NCBI GenBank assembly: GCA_963814375.1
Contig: CAWFCQ010000008.1
Coordinates: 64,001-128,000 of the forward strand
Source: an uncultured Chloroflexia bacterium
GTDB taxonomy: Bacteria > Chloroflexota > Limnocylindria > QHBO01
DNA: 64,000 nucleotides
Reading direction: 5' to 3'
The stretch's first letter is position 1. Each line of letters starts with the position of its first letter. The position numbers and the translations under genes are program-made. Positions 53,019 through 63,550 of this stretch are shown here, in pieces. Below the pieces are notes generated by a model. The model was not told the DNA's origin. It saw only the letters and a program-made list of their open reading frames with translations, and made no database searches.

Positions 53019-54089
53019 TCAGTTGCAGCCCGCGACGCAGCGCCAGGCCCCGTCCCACTCCCACGTGTCGGCGAGCGACGCGCCGGACGCCTCGAAGCCA
53101 CCGTAGAGCACCATCACGTCACGCTCCTGGTCGTAGCCGAGGGCGGGCATCCCGCGGGCCGATGGCGCGTCACCCTCGAGCTGGGTCCAGGCCTCGTCGG
53201 CCAGGATCCATGTCTCGTCGGTCAGCGAGCCGAAGGTCGAGACGCTCGTCGCGCCGCCGAACAGGAGCGCGCCGTCCCGACCGACCGCCATCCCGGCATG
53301 CGACCGCGCACTCGGTCCGGCGATGTCGAGCTCCCTCCAGGCGCTCCCGTCCCACGCCCAGAAGTCGTCATGGACGCGCGAGCCGTCGTAGCCGCCCCAC
53401 AGCAGGACGCGCTCGCTGGCGGCATCGTCGACGAGCTCGAAATGCGCGCGGAACGGTGGTCCGTCATCGGCCACCCGCTGCCACGTGCCGCCGTCCCAGG
53501 CCCAGGTTGACGTCTGCTCGGTTCGATCGGCGTCCTGGCCACCGAAGAGGAGGGTCCGTGCACGCGTCGAGTCATGGACGAGCTTCATGTGGTCGCAGGC
53601 CGGCGGCGGCTCCGCCTCGATGCGCTGCCATGTGTCGCCGTCCCACTCCCATGTCTCGGCGACGCAGGCGTTGCTCCCGTACGGCAGCCCGCCGTAGCGG
53701 ACGATGACTCCGCGCCGGACATCGCGCGCGGCGCCGGCTACCACGGTCGCGTCCGGGCCGCTGTCACCGACGAGGTGCCACGCCAGACCGTCCCAGCTCC
53801 AGATCCGCTCGACGGCGTCGGGATCCTCCTGGTCGACGCAGCTTGCAAGCAGCATCGTCCCAAGGTCGGCGTCGAAGAAGAGTTCGGCATCGAGGCATGC
53901 CGGCGGCGCCTCGGCCGATGGCACGGACGGCTCGGCTTCGCTGGCCGATGGGCTCGCCGCGACACCACTCGCCGAGAAGGACGGCGCATCAGAGTCCGCT
54001 GAGCGGTCCGCTGTCGCGCTGCAACCCGACAGCCCAAGCGCCAGCGACGCCATCACCACGAACCGATTGCGCGGCTTCACACCACTCAC
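53019..54089 (-). CDS. Kelch-like beta-propeller lipoprotein
   Basis: Lipobox LSGC; repeated LFGG...TWxWDG units. Confidence 0.8.
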   Translation of the reverse strand: MSGVKPRNRFVVMASLALGLSGCSATADRSADSDAPSFSASGVAASPSASEAEPSVPSAEAPPACLDAELFFDADLGTMLLASCVDQEDPDAVERIWSWDGLAWHLVGDSGPDATVVAGAARDVRRGVIVRYGGLPYGSNACVAETWEWDGDTWQRIEAEPPPACDHMKLVHDSTRARTLLFGGQDADRTEQTSTWAWDGGTWQRVADDGPPFRAHFELVDDAASERVLLWGGYDGSRVHDDFWAWDGSAWRELDIAGPSARSHAGMAVGRDGALLFGGATSVSTFGSLTDETWILADEAWTQLEGDAPSARGMPALGYDQERDVMVLYGGFEASGASLADTWEWDGAWRCVAGCN

Positions 54090-54198
54090 TACGTGGCCGC
54101 CCGGCCCATTGGTTCACCGAAACCAGGCCGCCGGTGCCGGGCGCCCGGTGGAGCCAGCGTGCTGCGATGCGCGCTACCCCACCGTAGACTCACCGCGC

Positions 54199-55335
54199 AT
54201 GGCAGCGCGTGCCCACGACGTCATCGTCATCGGCCTGGGCGGGATGGGGTCGGCCGCGGCGTACCACCTGGCGCGGCGCGGCAGCCGCGTGCTCGGGCTG
54301 GAGCAGTTTCAGCCGCTTCACGAGCGGGGCTCATCCCATGGGCTGACCCGGATCATCCGCCTCGCCTATCACGAGGACCCGTCGTACGTCCCGCTTCTGC
54401 GTCGGGCGTACGAGCTCTGGCACGACCTCGAGACCGATGCCGGCGAGAAGCTTCTCGTCACCACCGGATCGCTTGAGGGCGGCCCGGAGGACGGCGCGAC
54501 CTTCCGCGGCGCCGTCGCCGCGGCCGAGCTCCACGACATCCCGCACGAGGTCCTCGATGCTGCGGAGCTTCGCCGCCGATTTCCGGCCTACGCCGGGTTC
54601 GATGCTTCCACACGCGTCGTCCTCCAGCCCGACGGCGGCTTTCTCCTGGCCGAGCCGACGATTTCGGCCCACCTCGACGGCGCGCGGCGTGCCGGCGCCG
54701 ACCTCCGCTTCGATGTGCCCGTTGGCGGCTGGGAGCCAATGGGCGATGGCGTTCGCGTCGTGACCGATGCCGGTACGTTCGAGGCCGACCGGCTGGTGAT
54801 CTGTGCCGGCGCGTGGGCACGGAAGCTCGTGCCATCACTCGCCCGGATGGCGGTGCCCGAGCGACAGGTCCTCGCCTGGCTCGCCCCGATGCGGCCCGAT
54901 CTCTTCGACATCGATCGGTTCCCGGTCTTTCTCATCGACGTGGAGGAGGGCAGCTTCTACGGCTTGCCGGTCCACGACGGCCACGGGTTCAAGTTCGGCA
55001 AGTACCACCATCTCTTCGAGCCGATGGACCCGGATGATCCTGACCGGTCGGTCCAGCCGACCGACGAGGCGGTCCTTCGCGCCTTCGCCGAGCGCTATTT
55101 CCCCGATGGCGCCGGGCCGACCGAGATGCTCAAGGCATGCATCTTCACGAACTCACCGGATGAGCATTTCATCCTCGACTCGCTGCCCGATGCGCCGCAG
55201 GTCAGCCTCTTCGCAGGCGAGTCGGGCCACGGCTACAAGTTCTGCAGCGTCGTTGGCGAGATCCTGGCGGACCTCGCCACCGATGGCGCGACCCGCCACG
55301 ACATCGGCCTCTTCCGGCTCGACCGGTTCGGTTGA
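54199..55335 (+). CDS. solA: N-methyl-L-tryptophan oxidase / monomeric sarcosine oxidase
   Basis: GLGGMGS, GSSHGLTRIIRLAY, SGHGYKF. Confidence 0.88.
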   Translation: MAARAHDVIVIGLGGMGSAAAYHLARRGSRVLGLEQFQPLHERGSSHGLTRIIRLAYHEDPSYVPLLRRAYELWHDLETDAGEKLLVTTGSLEGGPEDGATFRGAVAAAELHDIPHEVLDAAELRRRFPAYAGFDASTRVVLQPDGGFLLAEPTISAHLDGARRAGADLRFDVPVGGWEPMGDGVRVVTDAGTFEADRLVICAGAWARKLVPSLARMAVPERQVLAWLAPMRPDLFDIDRFPVFLIDVEEGSFYGLPVHDGHGFKFGKYHHLFEPMDPDDPDRSVQPTDEAVLRAFAERYFPDGAGPTEMLKACIFTNSPDEHFILDSLPDAPQVSLFAGESGHGYKFCSVVGEILADLATDGATRHDIGLFRLDRFG

Positions 55336-55345
55336 CGCCTGCGGA

Positions 55346-58300
55346 TCAGCGTCCCGTTCGGCGCCGGCCCGGCGCAAGCGCCTGTCGCCCCCGTGTGCCC
55401 GGCCGTACCGGCGACCGCTCCATGCCGCCGACCGCGAGGGCGGCGCAGATCATCGAGACCGCGACGATCCATGGAAGCAGTGAGACGAGCGGCGGCAGCG
55501 GCATGGCGGTGTCGGGCAGCTCGCCCGATCCTGGCTCCGCACTTGGGGAGGGGGACGCGGCCGGCGGATCGCTCGGGTCGGGAGTCGGCGTCGGAGTCGG
55601 CGTCGGGCTCGGCGGGCCAGCGGCCACCGCGATCGTGAACGTCGCGGCGTTCGAGACGGCTGTCACGGTCGGGACGGCGGTGCCGTCGTTGGCGGAGAAG
55701 GTGAAGCTGTCGGTGCCGTTGAAAGCGGGTCCGGCGTCGTAGGTGAACGTGCCGTCAGGGTTGAAGGTCAGCGTGCCGTTGGCCGGGTCCGTGTCAGATG
55801 CATAAGTCAGCGTGTCACCGTCGACATCGGTGCAGGTGACCGAGCCGGCCAGGGATGTGTCCTCGTTCGTGGACGCCGCGTCGTCGGCGCACACCGGCGC
55901 GTCGTTGACGGCGGTGACCGTGATGGTGAAGGTCGCCGTGTTCGAGGTGTCGCTGCCGTCGCCGGCGGAGAACGTGAAGCTGTCTGTGCCGTTGAAGTCG
56001 GGGTTTGGGGTGTAGGTGAAGTTGCCGTCGGCGTTGAGCACCAAGGTGCCGTCGGACGGACCACTGACCTCGGCGTAGGTCAGCGTGTCACCGTCGACAT
56101 CGGTGCAGGCCAGGCTGTCGCCCAGCGGTGTGTCCTCGTCGGTGGTGGCCGCGTCATCGGCGCACACCGGCGCGTCGTTGGCGGTTGTCACCGTGATGGT
56201 GAACGTCGCGGTGTTGGATGTATCGGTGCCGTCATTGGCCGTGAAGGTGAAGCTGTCGGTGCCGATGAAGTCGGCATCCGGGGTATAGGTGAACGTGCCG
56301 TCCGCAGCCATCACCAGCATGCCGTTGGCCGGGTCCGTGCCCGATGCGTAGGTCAGCGTGTCACCGTCGACATCGGTGCAGGTGACCGAGCCGACCAGGG
56401 GTGTGTCCTCGTCGGTGGATGCCGAGTCGTCGGCGCACACCGGCGCGTCGTTGACGGCGGTGACGGTGATGGTGAAGGTCGCGGTGTTCGAGGAGTCGGT
56501 GCCGTCGTCGGCGGAGAACGTGAAGCTGTCGATGCCGTTGAAATTGGCATCAGGGGTATACGTGAATGTCCCGTCGGGAGCCAGCACGAGCGCCCCGTTG
56601 GTCGGGCCGCTGACCTCGGCATAGGCCAGAGCCATCGCCCTCGACGTCGGCGCAGACGAGGCTGCCGCCCAGGGGTGTGTCCTCGTCGGTGGTGGCCGCA
56701 TCGTCGGCACAGACCGGCGCGTCGTTGGCGGCCGCGACCGTGATGGTGAAGGTCGCTGTGTTCGAGCCGTCGGCGCCATCGTTGGCGGAGAAGGTGAAGC
56801 TGTCGGTGCCGGTGAAGTCCGGATCGGGCGTGTAGGTGAAGGTGCCATCGGGATTGAGGGTCAGGCTGCCGTTAGCCGGGTCCGTGCCCGATGCGTAGGT
56901 CAGCGCATCACCGTCGACATCGGTGCAGGTGACCGAGCCAGCGAGGGGCGTGTCCTCGTCGGTGTTGTCCGCATCGTCGGCGCACACCGGCGCGTCGTTG
57001 ACGGCCGTGACCGTGATGGTGAAGGTCGCCGTGTTCGAGGACTCGGTGCCGTCGTCGGCAGAGAAGGTGAAGCTGTCGCTGCCGTTGAAGTCGGCATCGG
57101 GGGTGTAGGTGAAGCTGCCGTCCGTGTTGACCGCGAGCGTGCCATTCGATGGGCCGGTGACCTCGGCGTAGGTCAGCGTGTCACCGTCGACATCGGTGCA
57201 CGAGACGAAGCCGGCCAGCGGGGCGTCCTCGTCTGGTCGTGGCCGTGTCATCGCCGCACACCGGCGCGTCGTTGACGGCCGGGACCGTGATCGTGAAGGT
57301 CGCCACGTTCGAGACGGCGGAGTCGTCATCGGCGGTGAAGGTGAAGCTGTCGCTGCCGTTGAAGTCCGGATCGGGCGTGTAGGTGAATGTGCCGCCGGGG
57401 TTGAGCAGCAGTGTCCCGTCGGAGGGACCGGCGACCTCGGCATAGGTCAGCGTGTCGCCCTCGACATCGGTGCACGCCAGGCTGTCGTTCAGCGGCGTGT
57501 CTTCGTCGGTGGACGCCGCGTCATCGGCGCAGGCCGGCGCGTCGTTGACGGCGCCGACGGACACGACGAACGACTGCGCTGCGCTCGTGTCGATCCCGCC
57601 GTTCGCGGTCCCGCCGTTGTCGGCGATGACCAGTGAGATCGTCGAAGTCCCGTTCGCGTTGGCGGCCGGCGTGAAGGTCAGGGTCCCGGTCGGACTGACC
57701 GTCGGGCCGGCCGAGAAGAGGGCGGCGTTCGAATTGCCGGTGATCGCGAAGGCGAGGGTCTGGCCGGACTCATTCGCCGGACCGCGGCTGAGGCTGGTCG
57801 CCCAGCCGGCCACGGACTGTGCACCGGCGTCCTCGGCAACGACCTGATCGCCACCCTTCGTGAAGCTCGGCACGTCGTTCACCGACAGCACGGTGATGGC
57901 CGCCGTGTCCGTCGCCGAGCTGAATGCGGTCGTGCCGCCGCTGGTGGTCGTATTGGCGAGCCCGCCGTTCGTCCCGGTTGTCTGATCCCACGCCCGCAGG
58001 GTGACGGTGGAACTTCCGAAGTAGTTTGCGTTCGGGACGAACCGCAGGCGGTTGGCTGGTGCCGACGCCAGCAGCCGAGCATTGGCAACGGCGACGGCCC
58101 CGATTGCTGTCCATGCGCCGCCACTGTTCGTGGAGTACTGCCACGTGCCGTTCGTGGTGTCCGCGGCGACGATGGCGATCCCGCGCAGCGCACCCGCATC
58201 GGCATCGGTGATGTAGCCGGCGCCGCCTGCGGCGATGAGAGTCGGGATGTCATCGCCGTCATCGGCTGCCGGGTCTTCCAGGATGGTGCCGAGCGTCGGA

Positions 58301-58873
58301 TTGCCTGCCGGGGCGAGCACGGGAGCCGAGTTCGGCGGCGGCGAGACCGTCACGGCAGGGTTCGAGCCGGACTGGGCGAACAGCTGACCAGCGCAGTTGT
58401 TCTGGCCGAAGGCCGTCGTCGTGAACGTCAGGCTGCCCGCGGACGCGGCGGTCCCGGTGAAGGTCACCTGGACCCGTCCATTGGTGTCGATGTCGTTCGC
58501 AGCCACACCGCTTCGGACCGTCTGTCAATGCCCCCAACACAACGGTCGGCGCACTCCAGGTTCGGGCGGTCCCGGGTGGAATTGGCGGGTCCTGGGCGAG
58601 GACGGTCGGGGTCCCGCTCAGCGTGAATCCAGCTGGCATCGTCACGCGCACACAGCCCATCAGCGTCTGTCCCGGGCTGACGCTGACATTGTTGAACGTC
58701 ACTGTGAAGGTTGTCGGCGTGCCTGCCACTGCTGTCGTGGGACTGATCGTGGCGGTATTGATCTGGACTGCCGCGACCGGCATCGGGCCGGCGAGCGCCG
58801 CAACCAGCGCGCCGACTTGGACGGCGACGAGGGCCAGCCGTCGCGCTGACGTGCCGGATCGACGATGGTGCAT
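55346..58873 (-). CDS. Surface protein with tandem ~91-aa Ig/cadherin-like repeats and LPDTA-TM tail (3 frameshifts)
   Basis: Signal peptide; repeated VNDAPVCADD..TDEDT..DVDGD..FTYTP..FNGTDSFTF; PT linker, LPDTA, TM. Confidence 0.85.
55650..57550. repeat. About seven diverged 273-bp tandem repeats
   Basis: gtcagcgtgtcaccgtcgacatcggtgca recurs near 55806, 56079, 56352 and 57172, with variants near 56899 and 57446. Confidence 0.85.
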
Positions 58874-59025
58874 TTCCTGATGACAACCTCGGCAAGAGCG
58901 TGGATGGGCACGCCACGCCGGCGAGCGACGGGAGCCTAGCAACGACCGGCACCAACTCCACCGGTACGGATGGCTGGCCGCCAACGGGCATCCGGGTCAT
59001 GGCGCCACGACCGACATCACGAAGA

Positions 59026-59047
59026 TGTGGACAACTTTGGTGGACAG
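59026..59047. promoter_or_regulatory. DnaA-box-like pair
   Basis: TGTGGACAA (reverse complement TTGTCCACA) followed by GGTGGACAG. Confidence 0.4.
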
Positions 59048-59159
59048 ACCCCTTCCGGTTGGCGGGCAAGCGAGCCTACGATCCGGGCCGGCCGTGCAGC
59101 CCCGCCAGGGCTCGCGGACCAAGCAATCATCTCGATCCTGCATCGGAGGGTGCCATCGA

Positions 59160-59504
59160 ATGAACCAGCGGTCGTCGGTGTCCGCCGCCGCCCCGCGGAC
59201 GGACCCGCCGGAGGAGCAACCGCCTCCTGATGTCGAAGCCTTCATCCGCTTTTGCCACGCTCGACGAGGCGCCAGTTGGCCGGAGCTCTATGACGAGATG
59301 TGCGGCGTCGCCGCCCGTCGCGAGTTCAACGGCTGGGACCATGAGCAGCTGGCATCGCGCGGACTGACCTTCTCACTGCTGGAGATGCCGCGGCTGGCCG
59401 CATGGGCGCGAGCCGTCCTGGCCGGCCTGGCCGAGCAGCGGGAGGCCGATGGACACCGAGGATCCGCGACACCCAGGCTCGAGGCGCAGGTCGCCGTCGT
59501 CTGA
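59160..59504 (+). CDS. Hypothetical protein
   Basis: GGAGG RBS; FIRFCHARRGASWPELYDEMC core; terminator downstream. Confidence 0.7.
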   Translation: MNQRSSVSAAAPRTDPPEEQPPPDVEAFIRFCHARRGASWPELYDEMCGVAARREFNGWDHEQLASRGLTFSLLEMPRLAAWARAVLAGLAEQREADGHRGSATPRLEAQVAVV

Positions 59505-59532
59505 GAGCGACGACGCCTGCGCCGTTCAAGCG

Positions 59533-59569
59533 CGGCCCCGGTCCTTTCGAGGATCGGGGCCGTTGTTTT
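59533..59569. terminator. Terminator between convergent genes
   Basis: CGGCCCCGGTCCT-TTCG-AGGATCGGGGCCG followed by TTGTTTT. Confidence 0.8.
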
Positions 59570-59867
59570 AGTAGGAGTGCCGCCGGGCCATCTCGCGCTC
59601 GATCATGCGCTCCATGACCATGTACTTCTCGATCCTCCGTCGAAGCTCGTTCGCCTCGGGCGTGTAGAGGTGGACGAACTGCTGCAGCTCCAGGCTGAGC
59701 TTGCGGCTCGTGATGCGGGCGTGATCGAGGTTGCGCCGCAGCAGCACCTGGTCCATGCGGCGCAGGTGCTCCTCGTTGAGGAGATCCTCGTCGCGCAGGA
59801 GCTCGCGATCGATATCGAGCTGGGTCCGTTGCAGCTGGACCGGGGCGATGATCGGATCGTCGGCCAT
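59568..59867 (-). CDS. Hypothetical helical protein (99 aa)
   Basis: GC3-rich codons; TAGACT 7 nt before ATG. Confidence 0.7.
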   Translation of the reverse strand: MADDPIIAPVQLQRTQLDIDRELLRDEDLLNEEHLRRMDQVLLRRNLDHARITSRKLSLELQQFVHLYTPEANELRRRIEKYMVMERMIEREMARRHSY

Positions 59868-59877
59868 CGGCGCCAGT

Positions 59878-60285
59878 CTAGCCCGCGGCGCGAAGTGGCT
59901 GCCCGACCAGGCTTCCGACCAGATCCGTGACCTCGTCGATCCCGAACGGCTTGGCCAGGACATGGACGTTGCCGATCGCCTCGAGCTCGCCGATCCGATC
60001 GCGCAGCGCCGTCACATCGGCCGAGCACACGACGATCGGGATGTGCGCCAGGCGGGCATCGGCACGGCACAGAGTGACGATCTCCCAGCCCGAGGCGCCG
60101 CCCAGCAGGAGGTCGATGATGATGAGGTCGGGGTCTGACGCCGACAGCTCGGCGACGCTCGTCTCCTGGCCGTTGAAGAGGCTGACGTTGTAGCCGGCGT
60201 CCTCGTCGAGGATGGCAGCCATGAGCTCGAGGAATTCCGGGTTGTCGTTGAGCACGCTGATCCGCGGGCTCCGGTCATCGGTCAT
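59878..60285 (-). CDS. Single-domain response regulator
   Basis: VLNDN, PDLIIID, IPIVVCSA, KPF; GGAGGT RBS. Confidence 0.9.
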   Translation of the reverse strand: MTDDRSPRISVLNDNPEFLELMAAILDEDAGYNVSLFNGQETSVAELSASDPDLIIIDLLLGGASGWEIVTLCRADARLAHIPIVVCSADVTALRDRIGELEAIGNVHVLAKPFGIDEVTDLVGSLVGQPLRAAG

Positions 60286-60355
60286 GGGCCACCTCCGGGG
60301 CGCGCCGAGTATAGGCTCGGGTGGCCGGCTGTGCCCAAGTTATGCTTTCGAGCGG

Positions 60356-60432
60356 GTCCCCGTAGCTCAGTGGACCAGAGCAGCCGCCTTCTAAGCGGCC
60401 GGTCGCAGGTTCGAATCCTGCCGGGGACGCCA
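60356..60432 (+). tRNA. tRNA-Arg (TCT)
   Basis: GTCCCCG/CGGGGAC acceptor stem, GCCGC-CTTCTAA-GCGGC anticodon arm, GGTTCGAATCC, CCA end. Confidence 0.97.
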
Positions 60433-60435
60433 AAG

Positions 60436-61653
60436 TCACAGCGTGGCAGCGGCCTCGATGGCGGCGATCGAGGCGCCGAGCCCATCCTCGACGCTGATGC
60501 GGCGGGCAAGGGCGCCCGCGCGGTCGCGCAGCACCGGGTCCCCGGCGGCCGCCAGCGCGGCCTCGGCCAGTCGGTCAGCGCGGAGGCCACTCACCGGCTG
60601 TGGCGCCGGCGCGACACCGAGCTTGAAGAGCCGATCACCCCAGTAACGCTGGTCGCCCACGTGCGGGACCACCACCGACGGGACACCCGCGGCGCACGCT
60701 GCGTGAGTCGTTCCCGCGCCACCGTGGTGGACCACGACGCCGGCGCGGGGGAAGAAGGTGCGGTGATCCAGGGCGCCGATCCGCAGCAGGCTGGGCGACG
60801 CGACCGAGGCTGCTTCCGGCCCCTGGACGATCACGCGTCTTCCGGCCTCCAGCATCGATTCGACGGCCGCGTGCAGCGCCACGTCGGATGCGCCGGCCAT
60901 CGACCCGAAGGCGATCACGATCGGGGCTCCGCCATCGGCGAGGAAGCGGTCGACCTCGTCGGGAAGCGCAGGGGCAGGCGACGGGTCGAACCAGGCGCCG
61001 GTCACGCGAGTTCCCGAGGGCAGATCGTGAGGCACGGTGATGATCGACGGCGAGCAGGCGACGATGTGGAGCAGCGGCGAGCGGGCGCGAAAGAGCGGGA
61101 GCCCGCGCTGCGCCGATCCAGCGTGCTGAAGGAGCTCGTCGAGCGGTCGCCCGGTGCGCGCGAGGACGCGATCCAGGATCGACCACGCAAGCCGATTGAG
61201 CGGGCCGAGGCTCGGCATGCCTGGCGGTGGTGCGCTGGCGGTCGGCAGCAGAACGGGGTCGAAGACCACGGTCGCCCAGCGCAGCCCGGCGTCGAGGACC
61301 GCCGCATGCGCCAGCGTGTGGATGCCGTGCAGCAGCACGAGGTCGTGGCCGGGCAGGAGCGAGCGCAGGCGCCGGTAGTGCGCCTCGCCATCGGCCAGGT
61401 GGAAGTCACGCAGGACGGCGACCTGGTCCATCGGCCCGCGGCTGGCCGCCTCGGCCGCAACGGCCGCGATGCGAGCCGGATCGGCATGCGGCCCGGCGAC
61501 CTCGACGTGCACGCCAGGCTGTGAGAGGGCGGCGCGGTGCACCGGCCAGGTGATGGCGGTGACCTCGTGGCCGCGCGCCACGAGGGTCCGGGCAAGGAGC
61601 GCGAAGGGAGCCACGTCACCGGTGGTCCCGACGGTGGCCAGGGCGATCCGCAT
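60436..61653 (-). CDS. GT1 family glycosyltransferase
   Basis: GTTGDVAP, FGSM, HHGGAGTT, VPHVGDQ. Confidence 0.92.
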   Translation of the reverse strand: MRIALATVGTTGDVAPFALLARTLVARGHEVTAITWPVHRAALSQPGVHVEVAGPHADPARIAAVAAEAASRGPMDQVAVLRDFHLADGEAHYRRLRSLLPGHDLVLLHGIHTLAHAAVLDAGLRWATVVFDPVLLPTASAPPPGMPSLGPLNRLAWSILDRVLARTGRPLDELLQHAGSAQRGLPLFRARSPLLHIVACSPSIITVPHDLPSGTRVTGAWFDPSPAPALPDEVDRFLADGGAPIVIAFGSMAGASDVALHAAVESMLEAGRRVIVQGPEAASVASPSLLRIGALDHRTFFPRAGVVVHHGGAGTTHAACAAGVPSVVVPHVGDQRYWGDRLFKLGVAPAPQPVSGLRADRLAEAALAAAGDPVLRDRAGALARRISVEDGLGASIAAIEAAATL

Positions 61654-61655
61654 CC

Positions 61656-62549
61656 TCAGATGGCGGCGATGCTGCGAGGAGCCATTCGCGGCCCGTAGCG
61701 CGGCGCCACGACGCGGCCCACCTCGAGCAGTCGTTGGACACGGCCGCGTTGGCCCCGATACGGCTCGAGCAGCTCGAGCATTCGCTCGTCGCTTCCCCGC
61801 GGCTCGCCGGCCAGGGCCCAGGCAACAGTGTGTGGGATGTGGTAGTCCCCGATGCTGACAGCGTCGGGATCGCCGAAGGCGACTCTCACCACCTCGGCAG
61901 CCGTCCACGCACCGATGCCCGGCAGCGCCCGAAGCCGGCGATCGCCCTCGGCCGAGGTGCGTGAGCCTTCGAGCCAGGCGGCGCGCCCCGCGGCCCGGCG
62001 TACGACGTCGGCTCGGCGGCGTTCAACGCCCAACGGATGGAACGAGTGGTAGGGGAGTCCGGCCAGGGTCGCGGGATCCGGTGGAAGAATGAGGTCAGCG
62101 GGACCCGGCGCGGGCTGGCCGTGGCGCCGGAGAAGGCCCGCGTACGAGCGAAACGCCTCCGTTCCGGTCACCTTCTGCTCGAGGATGGTCGGCACCAGCG
62201 CATGGACAATCCGATGCGTGCGGGGCATGCGCAGGCCGGGATGCCGCCGCTGGAGGTCTCGGACGATCGGATGGTGGGCCACGAGCGCCTGCGGCTCATC
62301 GGCCTCGCCGATGAGGTCCGGGGTGGCATCGAGCGCCTTCTCCGCCGCCTCGCCCCACGCCGTGGCGATCACGTGTGCCGTGCCATCGAGGACGATCCTG
62401 AGGCTGGCCGGACCGTCCGGCATCCGGAACGCGAGCCATGCCTCCGAGCGGCCGATGCGGATGGTGCGATCGCCGCGCCCGTGCGCCAGCGGCCCGAGTG
62501 TCGTAGGCAGATCCAGCGGACCGGCAAGCTCGATCCGGCGCGAGATCAC
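61656..62549 (-). CDS. HhH-GPD DNA-3-methyladenine glycosylase II family protein
   Basis: ILEQKV, LPGIGAWTA, GDYH. Confidence 0.88.
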   Translation of the reverse strand: MISRRIELAGPLDLPTTLGPLAHGRGDRTIRIGRSEAWLAFRMPDGPASLRIVLDGTAHVIATAWGEAAEKALDATPDLIGEADEPQALVAHHPIVRDLQRRHPGLRMPRTHRIVHALVPTILEQKVTGTEAFRSYAGLLRRHGQPAPGPADLILPPDPATLAGLPYHSFHPLGVERRRADVVRRAAGRAAWLEGSRTSAEGDRRLRALPGIGAWTAAEVVRVAFGDPDAVSIGDYHIPHTVAWALAGEPRGSDERMLELLEPYRGQRGRVQRLLEVGRVVAPRYGPRMAPRSIAAI

Positions 62550-63550
62550 CGCCGCATCGAGAGGAGAATCGGCGACGCGCCGGCCTGCGCGGCCTCGAAC
62601 TCGGCGCGGCTGCGGATCCCGCGATATCCCTCCGCGACGATGTTCTGCGCGCAGGCGGCCCCCAGCGAGGCACCAGGACCGGGGAGGAGGACGACGTCGG
62701 GCGCGTACTCCCGCAGTGCGACCCGCAGGCCGGTGGCGAAGTCGTAGGCGCGCGTCGCCTGCCCGCGCAACGTGTGCTCCGCCAGCTCGGCCGGATCGGT
62801 CGACCACGGCGTGAACCGGATGCCACGACCGTCGATCAGGGTCACGTTCGGTCGATCCCAGCTGAGCTCGCCGATGCGGTCGACTGCGGTGGCCGCGGCG
62901 CCGGCCCGCAGCGGGGTGTGCCACGCATCGGCGCCCACGAGCCTCAGCGGGAACGCGCGGTCGCCGATGGTCACCTGTGGGAGACGATCGGCGAGGGCGC
63001 CGATGCCGGCGGCACTGCCGGCCAGGACGGCAAACGCACCGAGGTCCAGCGAGAGCGCGACGTCGTCATCGGCCTGGTCGAGCGCGTCGCGCAGCTCGCC
63101 GATGCGACCCGGGTCGGGCTGCCAGGCGTCATCGGTCAGCGGGTAGATGAGCTCAGCCGCGCGGAGCTCTCCGGGCAGCGGCGCGTCGGCGGCGAGAGCC
63201 ATCTCCTGGACGAGGCTGAACGCGCCGTCGAAGCCCAGGACGCCGGATGCGGCGAGCGCGGTGTACCAGCCGGTCGAGCTGGCCACCACCACCACGACCT
63301 CGTGATCGCCCGCGATGCGCTCTGCGTCGAGCAAGCCGCACAGGAAGGTGAGCGGCCACGCGTTCGACGGTCGACCGTGAAGATCCGGATCGAGCCGCGC
63401 CGCGCCATCGAGCTCGGACAGGGCGGGAAGGTCTCGCTCGGCGCGAAGCTCGTCCGCCCGGCGCACCCACGCGTGGGAGACGGGCAGGGATCGCAGGGAG
63501 GCGGCGCCGTACGAGCCACGACCCGGGAAGGCGACGGCCGCCCGGCTCAC
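62546..63550 (-). CDS. FabD-like acyltransferase
   Basis: FPGRGSY, ASSTGWY, AWHTP, IDGRG, GPGASLG. Confidence 0.75.
   Translation of the reverse strand: MSRAAVAFPGRGSYGAASLRSLPVSHAWVRRADELRAERDLPALSELDGAARLDPDLHGRPSNAWPLTFLCGLLDAERIAGDHEVVVVVASSTGWYTALAASGVLGFDGAFSLVQEMALAADAPLPGELRAAELIYPLTDDAWQPDPGRIGELRDALDQADDDVALSLDLGAFAVLAGSAAGIGALADRLPQVTIGDRAFPLRLVGADAWHTPLRAGAAATAVDRIGELSWDRPNVTLIDGRGIRFTPWSTDPAELAEHTLRGQATRAYDFATGLRVALREYAPDVVLLPGPGASLGAACAQNIVAEGYRGIRSRAEFEAAQAGASPILLSMRR

Noticed and set aside
58880-59160. Riboswitch in the long intergenic region
   Set aside because: No recognisable aptamer consensus by eye; an Rfam scan would be needed
60356-60432. tRNA-Arg as an integration site
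   Set aside because: No duplicate of its 3' end found by eye
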